A stretch of 64,000 nucleotides of DNA. It comes from an uncultured Spirochaetota bacterium (GTDB lineage: Bacteria; Spirochaetota; UBA4802; UBA5550). Positions within the stretch are counted from its first letter, which is position 1. Every line of letters begins with the position of its first letter. A model generated the notes under the pieces. That model had not been told where the DNA came from and did not search any database. It saw nothing but the letters and a program-made list of their open reading frames with translations. Both the position numbers and the translations under genes were made by a program. Positions 50,853 to 59,613 of this stretch are shown piece after piece. The stretch lies in the NCBI GenBank assembly GCA_963827275.1, contig CAWHAA010000008.1, forward strand, positions 352,001 to 416,000. Reading direction: 5' to 3'.

Positions 50853-52130
50853 ATGCGATTGATCAACGAAGTGACCGTCATCATAAAAAAGCAGGGATTT
50901 CCCGGCTTTATCGACGAGCTGTACAAGCGGGAGTGCAGCATTCTCGAGCTCCAGCACGTCGAGGAGGCGGGGGACGGCGACCTCTACACCCTCAGGATCG
51001 CCGGCAACAGCCTGAAGCGGTTCGATGAATTCATAACCATCATAAGCGGCGCGGGCGACCGGTTCAAGGTCATCTCCGTAAAAAACGTGATCGAGGAACA
51101 GGCGGTGGGGGGCCTCATCTCGGTCTGCGGCAGGGCCCCCCTCGACAACAGCACCGACTTCGACACCTCGGTGCTGGGTGCGTCCGACTTTATCCGCGAG
51201 AGGGTCGCGAAAGAGGACGGCGTACGCTACACCAGCATCTCCCGGAACGTCGCGCTGGTCGCCGGCGTCAAGGCGGGCGGCGAGGCGGAGCGGGGCCGCC
51301 TGCTGGGCCGCTTCGCGGACGCCGAGAAGGACGCGGTCATCCTCAACCGGTTTTCCGGGCTCAACGGATATCCGCTGGTGGTCCGCTTCGAACACCCGGA
51401 AGACGTCAACACCGTGCTGAAGAAGATCGACGCGAATTTTTCGGCCCTGCGGCTCACGCGTATCGAGGAAGCGACGGTCATGATCCACGACCTCATCGTG
51501 TCCGGCGCGGGCGTCCCGGTCATTTCCTTCGAGTTCGACGAGGTGCCGCTTTTTCTCCTTACCCTGATTGTCAAGACAATGCTCAAGTACCGCCTGAAGG
51601 CGGAGGAGACCACGGTCGGCTTCATCGGGATCGACCTGAGCGCGGTGCGGCTCACCCAGGTCCTGGACAAAATCGGCTTCAGGAGGGTCCTCGGCTCCGA
51701 CAACAGCGAAAAGGCGATGCTGGACATGGAGAACCAGGGAGGGCTGGCCACCACGGCGGAGAACATCTTCGGCAACGCCGACATCACGATCATCATGAAG
51801 ACAGGCTTCGACCGGGAGGAGTTCGGTAAGATCAGGCCCGGCCAGTTCGTGATTTCGTTCATGGATGACGAGGACCCGGACATGGACCTCGTATCGGGCA
51901 AGGGCGTGCGCGAGCTCATCAGGCGGAACCCGGTGCACGTCGCCGCGATTTCCCCCGGCCTCGTGCGCGGCGTAATCGATGCGCGGATCAAGAACATCAC
52001 CGACGCGAAGCTCGTGGAGTACGCGAAAAAGCTGGTCGGCTTTTTATCCGACGCCTACGAATTCCCTCCTCTCTTCAGCGATATACATGACCGGGTTTAC
52101 AAGGTCATACTGTCCGGGGCCGGCAAGTAG
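50853..52130 (+). CDS. Degenerate ACT-fused malic-enzyme-like protein (probable pseudoenzyme)
   Basis: Order of segments mirrors bacterial ACT-malic enzymes (YT..NVALV, F.G.NGYPL, F.AL.L, VPV, Rossmann FIG, ADI.I, PGL.RG.ID.R..ITD), but catalytic motifs are replaced. Confidence 0.55.
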   Translation: MRLINEVTVIIKKQGFPGFIDELYKRECSILELQHVEEAGDGDLYTLRIAGNSLKRFDEFITIISGAGDRFKVISVKNVIEEQAVGGLISVCGRAPLDNSTDFDTSVLGASDFIRERVAKEDGVRYTSISRNVALVAGVKAGGEAERGRLLGRFADAEKDAVILNRFSGLNGYPLVVRFEHPEDVNTVLKKIDANFSALRLTRIEEATVMIHDLIVSGAGVPVISFEFDEVPLFLLTLIVKTMLKYRLKAEETTVGFIGIDLSAVRLTQVLDKIGFRRVLGSDNSEKAMLDMENQGGLATTAENIFGNADITIIMKTGFDREEFGKIRPGQFVISFMDDEDPDMDLVSGKGVRELIRRNPVHVAAISPGLVRGVIDARIKNITDAKLVEYAKKLVGFLSDAYEFPPLFSDIHDRVYKVILSGAGK

Positions 52131-52200
52131 CCGCCCCGACCAGGGGCCCGGGTAACGACGGCATACATGAACATCGCAGGTGCGATCAGTATAACGACAC

Positions 52201-52938
52201 ATGAAAAAGATGCTATCACATATCATCCTGCCCGTATTGCTTGCGCTGTCATGGCTCCCTGCCGCGGCAGCTGAAGGCGCAGGTTCCGCGCCGCTGGGGC
52301 AAGCGGCGGGCGGCCTGTCTGGCGAGCCTGCAGCGGGCGCGCTTCGAAAGGATGCAGCCGGTAAAAAACTTGATGCCTCTTTGCCGCGCAGGATGAAATG
52401 CCGGTTCATTGACCCGAAAAGCAGGGAATACGTGGTCCTGCTGGCCGGGTACGGCGGCCTGTTCCCGATAACGGACTATGGCCTTCTGTACCGGCCGGCG
52501 AACCTTGTCTCGGTCACGGCCGGAATTTATTATATCAATTTCATGGGATTTTCGCCAGAGCTCCATTTCCGTCATGCGCCGATGAAAAGCAACAAGGATC
52601 CGCTCAGGTATTCATCCCGCATTACCCTCAACCAGGTGTTTCCCGCGATCGTATACCGCCACGCCATCCCCCTCAGGCGCAACGTGCTCACGATATACGG
52701 CCGGATCTGGGACGGTATCACCATCCTGGACTTTGATTCCCGGGACCCGTATATTCCGGTATTCAAAAGGAAGATACGTGAAACGATCAATACCTTCGGG
52801 TTCTCGGTCGGGTGTTACTATGACGCGTGGAAGGGGCTGCTGGTGGGAATTGACATGGGCTATGGCATCGTCTTTACTGCCGGGACGCTTCTGCAATCGA
52901 TTACTTTTACAGTAACTGCCGGCGTACGGATATTTTAA
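52201..52938 (+). CDS. Putative outer-membrane beta-barrel protein
   Basis: Signal peptide, amphipathic strands, C-terminal beta-signal VTAGVRIF. Confidence 0.6.
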   Translation: MKKMLSHIILPVLLALSWLPAAAAEGAGSAPLGQAAGGLSGEPAAGALRKDAAGKKLDASLPRRMKCRFIDPKSREYVVLLAGYGGLFPITDYGLLYRPANLVSVTAGIYYINFMGFSPELHFRHAPMKSNKDPLRYSSRITLNQVFPAIVYRHAIPLRRNVLTIYGRIWDGITILDFDSRDPYIPVFKRKIRETINTFGFSVGCYYDAWKGLLVGIDMGYGIVFTAGTLLQSITFTVTAGVRIF

Positions 52939-53151
52939 CATAGTAAAAAATAGACAATAAAGGCGTGAAATAATGATAAGTTAAATATAATAACCCATGT
53001 GGGTGGGTTTATATATTTGACTTTTATGAGAATAATATTTACATTCATTACATATTTATAAGACATTCAGATTAAATAATGATTGATAATTACACGATTA
53101 GTATATAAATACAATTTATTCATATCAACTATATACCTGCAGGAAAAAATT

Positions 53152-53982
53152 ATGGATACGAATTGCGGCTGTGGAAACAGAGTAAACCACAGGTTCTCTC
53201 CCCTCCCTAAATACTGTATAACAGCATTAATTATCATCTTTTACTGTGTGAGCTCACACGCGGCAACGGTTGTCCTGAAATCCGGCGCCACCATCAAGGG
53301 CAAGCTCATAGACAGGAATGACGAACAGATTACATTGCAGGACGCTGACACGAAGCAGATGAGGGTCATCAAGTCCATCTTCATCCTCAACATCACCCTT
53401 GACCTCGACGAGCAGAAAATTGATCAAAAAAAACAGAAGCAGGCGCGTCAGGCCGCTGTTGAAAGCAAAGATATCCTCAGCGTGATACAGCCTGAAATCG
53501 GCCTGCTTCCCGGCATCGCCCTGCCGGTCGGCAGGATCGCGGACAGGATCAAGATCGGGGGCGGGTTCAACGTCTTCAGCGACGTCGGCATGCCGGGGAT
53601 GCCCGATATCTTCAAGCTCCGTCTCGGCCTGTCGTTCGGGTTCTACTACCACACCACGTCGGGCACGGACTACGCCTCCGCCATCATGCACCTGCCGCTG
53701 AACGCGTACGCGAAATTCCAGTTCATCGCGCCGTACGGGCTGAAGCCGTATATCAAGCTGGGCGGCGGCATCACGCCCGTGATGTCCGGCAGCGCAACCG
53801 ATGTCGCGCCGGGCTTCATCGCCGCGGTCGGTCTCGGCTACACCCACGACAAGCTCCCGTACCTGGAGTTCTTTTTCGAGGCCGGGTTCATGATGGTCTT
53901 CGAGAGTATTCGCGGCGATTATCTGACAATCAACCTGGGAGCGGCGTACCGGTTCGGCGTACCGGGGCCGTCCGTGAAGTAA
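53152..53982 (+). CDS. Putative beta-barrel protein with Leptospira-type small N-terminal beta domain
   Basis: SHA-ATVVLKSGATIKGKLI N-terminal domain; barrel-like C-half (LKPYIKLGGG, INLGAAYRF). Confidence 0.6.
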   Translation: MDTNCGCGNRVNHRFSPLPKYCITALIIIFYCVSSHAATVVLKSGATIKGKLIDRNDEQITLQDADTKQMRVIKSIFILNITLDLDEQKIDQKKQKQARQAAVESKDILSVIQPEIGLLPGIALPVGRIADRIKIGGGFNVFSDVGMPGMPDIFKLRLGLSFGFYYHTTSGTDYASAIMHLPLNAYAKFQFIAPYGLKPYIKLGGGITPVMSGSATDVAPGFIAAVGLGYTHDKLPYLEFFFEAGFMMVFESIRGDYLTINLGAAYRFGVPGPSVK

Positions 53983-54052
53983 CGAGGAAACATGCAGCAA
54001 ACAGTTTGAGCCGGGTGCAGCAACAGTCCCGCCCGGCGCCAAGGAGCGATAT

Positions 54053-57000
54053 ATGAAACACACCACTTCTGCCATCTCAATGAAACATATCACGAAACAG
54101 CTGGCGCTGTTTCGGAAAACCATACTCGCCGGCTTCATGGCCGCGGCAATGGCCGTGTCCATGGCGGGCTGTAACGGGAAGATATACGCCGCGCTGTTCG
54201 AGGACAACATGATGCAATATCTTGTTCTCATGGTGGCCCATGGGCAGCAGATTGCGTCAATAGCGATAACACCCGGCGCGACAAGCACGCCGAGCGGCGT
54301 GCCCGTGGATTACAATATCACCGCGACCCTGAACAACGGGAACACGCGGGCACTCACCCAGGACGAATACCAGAGCGTTGTGTGGACCTGGGATGTGTCA
54401 GGGACGACCACACCCCTGGATATTGACAGCGTTGACATCGACAACATCGGCATCAACAGCCTTCCACGCGCCACGGCGATCAAGGCGGATTACCTCGGCG
54501 CCGACCAGCAGGTGGCCCTCACCGCGACGATAGGCGGCGTCTCATCGGCGACCACCCTCACGATAAATGACGCGGACCTTGTCTCGATCAGCGTCACTCC
54601 GGGCGCGGCGAGCATCACCCGCCTTGCGACACAGCAGTTCACGGCGAACGGGACCTACACGGACGGCAGCACACACGATATTACCGATATCGTGGACTGG
54701 GTTTCTGATGACAATACCGTCGCCACGGTGGACGCTTTCGGAAAGGCCACAGGCCAGTACAGCGGGGTTGGGACGGATACGGCGACCATAACCGCGACCG
54801 ATACCCCTTCCTCGATATACGGCGCCGCGACCCTTGATGTTACCGCGCCTACCTTGAGCAGCGTGTCTGTTTCACCGATTACGACGACAATCGCCGCCGG
54901 GACCTATGTGCAGTTCAGGGCAACGGCGATATACACGAACAACACCACCCAGGATGTGACTGATGCGGCGACCTGGACGATCGTCAATGACGGTTCCGCC
55001 AATGCGACCCTGCCGGGCACTCCCAAAGGGCAGGCGTACGGCAGCAGCGCCGGCACGGATACGGTGCGGGCTACCTTTGACGGGGTCAACGGCGATGCGA
55101 CGATAACCGTGACCGCCGCGACGATGCAGTATCTGGTCATCAGCGCAGCCGGCAACAAGACCTCAATAGCCGCGGGCACAAAGCTGCAGTTCACCGCGAC
55201 CGGCGTGTTCAGTGACAACAGCACGCAGGACCTGACGAATGACCCGCTCATCTCCTGGGGCACAACTGATGACACCAAGGCCGATTATATCCCGGGCGAT
55301 GCCTCGGGATTGATCACCGGCATCGCGGCCGGTGCCACGGTCGTGAGCGCATCGATTGGCGCGATTGATTCGCAGGACTACGATCTTGCCGTTACGGCGG
55401 CCAACCTGCTGTCAATCCTGATCTCGCCGAGGGACCCGCTCGCTTACGTCATAGCCTACGGGACCACCCAGCAATTTACCGTCACGGGATCGTTCAGCGA
55501 CTCGACGACGCAGGACCTGACCACGCAGGTGGACTGGCTGTCGAGCGACGGGACCGTCGCCAGCATAAATGCCAACGGTCTCGCGACCACCACGACCACT
55601 ATCGGGACCACGGTAATCACCGCCAACTACCCCAAGGGAGGGGCGGTGGAACAGACTGATTTTACCAACCTCCAGGTAATATCCATGCCGCTGACGGCGA
55701 TTACCATTTCACCGTCGAGCAAGAGCACCTACGTGGGCGATACCTTCCAGTACACGGCCATGGGAACCTTTTCCGACGGATCGAATACCTATAATATTGA
55801 CATCACCAACCTGGTGCTCTGGGAGTCGGACGATACAAACCTCGACATCAGCAATTCCACCGGCAGCTACGGGCTTGCCACGGCGCTCTCCCAGGGAGAC
55901 GGGGGGGCGACCGTTACTGCGAGTCGGGGCCTTGTGACCAGTAATGCTTCAGCCGTGACCATTGCCGCGACGGATACCACCGCGCCGACCATGGTGAGCG
56001 CGCAGCTCCTTACCGGCAACCGGGTGAAGGTCACCTTCTCCGAGCCGATGGATTTTACGACGGCGACGAATGCGGCAAACTATATCGTGGCCACGACATC
56101 CACGGTGACGGGCGTATGTGCGGACAATTCGAACTTCGGCACCACGCCGAGCATCACCGTAGATTCGGTGGCGTTCTTCACCCAGTCGGTGTATATTCTG
56201 CAGCTGGGCGGCGGCACCAGCAATACCCAGTACACAGTCATAGGGGACAAGGCTGATCTGAGGGACGTGGCCGGGACCCCCAACACGCTGGGGTGCCTCA
56301 ACACCGCCACCTTCACCGGCATCGACACGGTGAAGCCGTATCTGGTGAGCGTGGTCAACAGCGAGCCGACGAAGGTCATCGTCAAGTATTCGGAGCCGAT
56401 GACAACGGGCGGCGGAACAACAGCGGCGGACAATATGAGCAACTATACGCTCGCCGAAGACCCGTCGGATGGAAATGACACAAACAACGTATTGATAACA
56501 TCGATCACCATGATTGATGAATCAACCTTTATGCTCAATCTTGACAAGTCCGCGCAGAGTATCCAGTACAAAATCACGGTTGCGGTCGGGGTCACCGACC
56601 TGGCGCCCATACCGAATACCATGGGCTCTCCGCGGGTCCTTACCTTCCGGGGGAACGAGCAGCTCAAGGTCGTTTCCGCGATGGCGACTGACCTGAACCA
56701 CGTGCAGGTGACATTCAGCAAGCCGGTACTCTCGGGCAACGATGTGGAAGACAGCGCAGAATGCAATGATGCGACTGAATGCCACGGCAAATACAAGCTC
56801 TACCCGCGCACCGGCTCAGGGACGGACGCGCTGCTGGGGAATATTACCTCCGCTGTGCGCGGCAGCGGCAACGAGACCAATACGGTCATTCTGACCCATG
56901 CGAACGCACAGGAAGGGTTCTCCTACACGGTGGTGGCGGCGAACGGGATCATCGGCGACGGGTTTGATAACACGACCGTGAGCATCAAGGCTGAAGCCGG

Positions 57001-58450
57001 TACGACTGACTACCTGCAGGCGTCTCCCAAGGACCGCGCCACCTTCGCCGGTCTCGGGGACGTGATCGATGAAATTACTGACGGTGAATACTTCACCGAT
57101 CCGTTCGCCGATGGCTCTACCTTCACGTGGTCTTTTGTGTACGCCGGGAGGGTGTACCTCGGCACGAATGATTATAACACTGCCGCGTTCAGGTTCGACG
57201 CGGACGGCGGCAACTCGGTGCTGACGACCTTCGACTTCAGCGCGGGGACCTGCTCTATCGCGGACGGATTCGGCTACGGCACCATCGGCGTATCGCCGTT
57301 CTGCGGCATGAACAGTGGACCGAACGCGGAAGTGGGCGTCGTGGGCTTCAATTCGGGTGTTATAACGATCAGCGGAACCGATTATGACGTTCTTATGACC
57401 GGCCCTCTGAAAGACGGTGTCTCTCACGGCTATTTCACCCAGGACGTCGATACTCAGCTCGACTGGCGGCAGTTCCCCTTCGCTGGTACGGGCGGCGGTA
57501 ACACGGACAGCATCCAGACTGCATACGCGTATGGCGCAAACATGTACTTTGCCGCTTCTTCCGACCAGAGCCCTCAGGCGCCGGTCGTGTGCAGGGTCCC
57601 CTTCCTTTCGGCGACCGACGGAGTCCTGAACATGGATACACCGGTTGACATGTCCCTGCGAAGCCTTGACTACCTCGGCAAGAACGCCGGCGACTATGAC
57701 AACTATAAGGGGACAGCGGAAGTCGTGGGAATCGACGCATTCATCAGTTTTAACAGCTATCTGTATGCCGCGAACAATGGCGGCGTGGTGTATTCATCGG
57801 ATTACCTGTCGATGTCGGGTGAGGTTCGATCACATCCGGATGCCTTCAGGCCTGATGACGATGATGTACCAGAGCCGACATCGAGCGAGGAGACCCTGGT
57901 CCTGCCGGCAGCGCCCGCCGGACTGGGGAAGCTATCGCCGGGTGAGCACGGTGTGCCCAGACTGATTGAATACAACGGCAAGCTCTACATGGCGCGGAAC
58001 GTGGCGTACACATCCGCCCGCAATACGGTTATCCGGGGCGAACTGTGGAAATGCTCGCCGGCAACGAGCGGCGGCGCCACCACGTGCGAGCCGGACGACT
58101 GGGAACGGATCATAACGGGAGTGGAGACAGATCTGCCGGATTCTAATGTCGGGGATGTCAATGTAACCGGGAACGCCATCAGTCTGCTCCAGAACAACGG
58201 CTCGACCAGGCTCTACGTCGGATTTGACCATCCGAGCGGCGTTACCGTATGGCGGGTCGCGTCAACGGATCCCGGTCCAACGACCGGCACCATGGCATCG
58301 GTATGGACACAGGCGGGGAATCTCGGCCTCGACAACAGCCACGTAAAGCTGTACTCGTCCGCAACAATCAACGACGGGACGTATGACTATATCTACCTGA
58401 CCGCCGGAGATGATGCGAACGCCATCAGGGTATACCGTCAGAGGGAATAG
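54053..58450 (+). CDS. LigB/LigC-like immunoglobulin-repeat surface lipoprotein
   Basis: Lipobox SMAG-C; six Big_2-type repeats (SI.V.P..TQQFTA.G.(Y/F)(S/T)D.S..D.T..V.W); non-repeat C-region with motifs I recall from LigB (DT.APT, EQLK, FSKP, ECxxxxEC, GDGFDN, LQ.SPKDR, DPF.DG, YLG.N). Confidence 0.85.
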   Translation: MKHTTSAISMKHITKQLALFRKTILAGFMAAAMAVSMAGCNGKIYAALFEDNMMQYLVLMVAHGQQIASIAITPGATSTPSGVPVDYNITATLNNGNTRALTQDEYQSVVWTWDVSGTTTPLDIDSVDIDNIGINSLPRATAIKADYLGADQQVALTATIGGVSSATTLTINDADLVSISVTPGAASITRLATQQFTANGTYTDGSTHDITDIVDWVSDDNTVATVDAFGKATGQYSGVGTDTATITATDTPSSIYGAATLDVTAPTLSSVSVSPITTTIAAGTYVQFRATAIYTNNTTQDVTDAATWTIVNDGSANATLPGTPKGQAYGSSAGTDTVRATFDGVNGDATITVTAATMQYLVISAAGNKTSIAAGTKLQFTATGVFSDNSTQDLTNDPLISWGTTDDTKADYIPGDASGLITGIAAGATVVSASIGAIDSQDYDLAVTAANLLSILISPRDPLAYVIAYGTTQQFTVTGSFSDSTTQDLTTQVDWLSSDGTVASINANGLATTTTTIGTTVITANYPKGGAVEQTDFTNLQVISMPLTAITISPSSKSTYVGDTFQYTAMGTFSDGSNTYNIDITNLVLWESDDTNLDISNSTGSYGLATALSQGDGGATVTASRGLVTSNASAVTIAATDTTAPTMVSAQLLTGNRVKVTFSEPMDFTTATNAANYIVATTSTVTGVCADNSNFGTTPSITVDSVAFFTQSVYILQLGGGTSNTQYTVIGDKADLRDVAGTPNTLGCLNTATFTGIDTVKPYLVSVVNSEPTKVIVKYSEPMTTGGGTTAADNMSNYTLAEDPSDGNDTNNVLITSITMIDESTFMLNLDKSAQSIQYKITVAVGVTDLAPIPNTMGSPRVLTFRGNEQLKVVSAMATDLNHVQVTFSKPVLSGNDVEDSAECNDATECHGKYKLYPRTGSGTDALLGNITSAVRGSGNETNTVILTHANAQEGFSYTVVAANGIIGDGFDNTTVSIKAEAGTTDYLQASPKDRATFAGLGDVIDEITDGEYFTDPFADGSTFTWSFVYAGRVYLGTNDYNTAAFRFDADGGNSVLTTFDFSAGTCSIADGFGYGTIGVSPFCGMNSGPNAEVGVVGFNSGVITISGTDYDVLMTGPLKDGVSHGYFTQDVDTQLDWRQFPFAGTGGGNTDSIQTAYAYGANMYFAASSDQSPQAPVVCRVPFLSATDGVLNMDTPVDMSLRSLDYLGKNAGDYDNYKGTAEVVGIDAFISFNSYLYAANNGGVVYSSDYLSMSGEVRSHPDAFRPDDDDVPEPTSSEETLVLPAAPAGLGKLSPGEHGVPRLIEYNGKLYMARNVAYTSARNTVIRGELWKCSPATSGGATTCEPDDWERIITGVETDLPDSNVGDVNVTGNAISLLQNNGSTRLYVGFDHPSGVTVWRVASTDPGPTTGTMASVWTQAGNLGLDNSHVKLYSSATINDGTYDYIYLTAGDDANAIRVYRQRE

Positions 58451-58472
58451 CTGATAATTGAAGAAAAGAAAT

Positions 58473-58509
58473 AAAAAGCCCCGTCGCTGAAAGCGGCGGG
58501 GCTTTTTTT
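58473..58509. terminator. Intrinsic terminator, bidirectional
   Basis: AAAAAGCCCCGTCGCT-GAA-AGCGGCGGGGCTTTTT hairpin between convergent genes. Confidence 0.85.
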
Positions 58510-58522
58510 GTAGCGTGTGTTC

Positions 58523-59368
58523 CTATTTCGCGCCGGATTTCCTCCCGCCCTCAATAAACCTCACCGTCCTGTCAAACCCGCTTATAAAGGGCAGTGAGTT
58601 ATATGTCGCGTATTTCTTTTTAAGAAGGGCAAGCTTTTCCCTGCTGCCGACGGCGTCCTTCATTGAAACGAAATATTCCTTCATGACGGCGAGCGCGTTT
58701 TTATCCGACATCGGGCCGTGTCCCGGCACGAGCGTCTTTATGTCATAGAGCGTCCCCAGCCGGTCGAGCGCCGCGAGCCACAGGTCCACCGAGGTGCCGA
58801 ATTTTTCGGAAAGGGCCGGGTGCGTGCCGAGGAACACCAGGTCCCCGGTCACGAGGAGCCCGCGCGTTTCCAGGTACACGACAGTGTCGTTCATGGTGTG
58901 GGCCCTGCCCATGTTGCGGACGCGGACCGTTTCGCCCCCGATCCGGAGCGTTGTTTCTTCCCCCGGCTTCAGCATGACGTCAGGGGCGCGGCTGCCGCTC
59001 GAATCGCTCTCCCACTGTTCCCTGTCGTATGCCCCCGCGATGATTGTCGCGTTCGGGTACAGGTCATTGCCGGCGGAGTGGTCGGAGTGGGAATGGGTGT
59101 CCACGATGGTGATGCCCGCGGCCTTCACGCTCTCCTTTAAATTTTTCGCCGCGCTCCCCATCTTCGTGTCCACGACAAGGGCCGTTGTCCCATCTTCCGA
59201 CGTGAGCACGATCGAGTTTCCCCCTCCGCCGAGATGCACGGTCAGGTACGGATCCACTATGACGGTCTCGACCGCCATGAAGTGGCGGTACCCGTTCCAT
59301 ATATAGATCCCGGCGGCGGCGACAAAGACCAGAACGAATGAACCGCTGATAAGAAGTGCTTTTTTCAT
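58523..59368 (-). CDS. MBL-fold metallo-hydrolase, membrane-anchored or exported
   Basis: THSHSDH, AHT, TGD, VPGHG; N-terminal TM; GAGGAGG RBS. Confidence 0.9.
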   Translation of the reverse strand: MKKALLISGSFVLVFVAAAGIYIWNGYRHFMAVETVIVDPYLTVHLGGGGNSIVLTSEDGTTALVVDTKMGSAAKNLKESVKAAGITIVDTHSHSDHSAGNDLYPNATIIAGAYDREQWESDSSGSRAPDVMLKPGEETTLRIGGETVRVRNMGRAHTMNDTVVYLETRGLLVTGDLVFLGTHPALSEKFGTSVDLWLAALDRLGTLYDIKTLVPGHGPMSDKNALAVMKEYFVSMKDAVGSREKLALLKKKYATYNSLPFISGFDRTVRFIEGGRKSGAK

Positions 59369-59613
59369 AGTTCCTCCTCGGATATGAGCTGCGTGGCAGG
59401 ACAGGGGCCCCTGTGACCGATATTCTGCTTCTCCGGGCAGCTGTCTGTCAACAATGTTTCCCCGGGACAGGTCCGGAACGGTGAAAACCATGAGATAGCC
59501 GCGTCATGAAGCAATTCGTGAAAAAATATATTATTTTTAGCACTTCACGGATCGCGCGACACTTCATGAATATACGGGTTTTACATTTTGAATTTTATTT
59601 TTTTGGAGGAATT

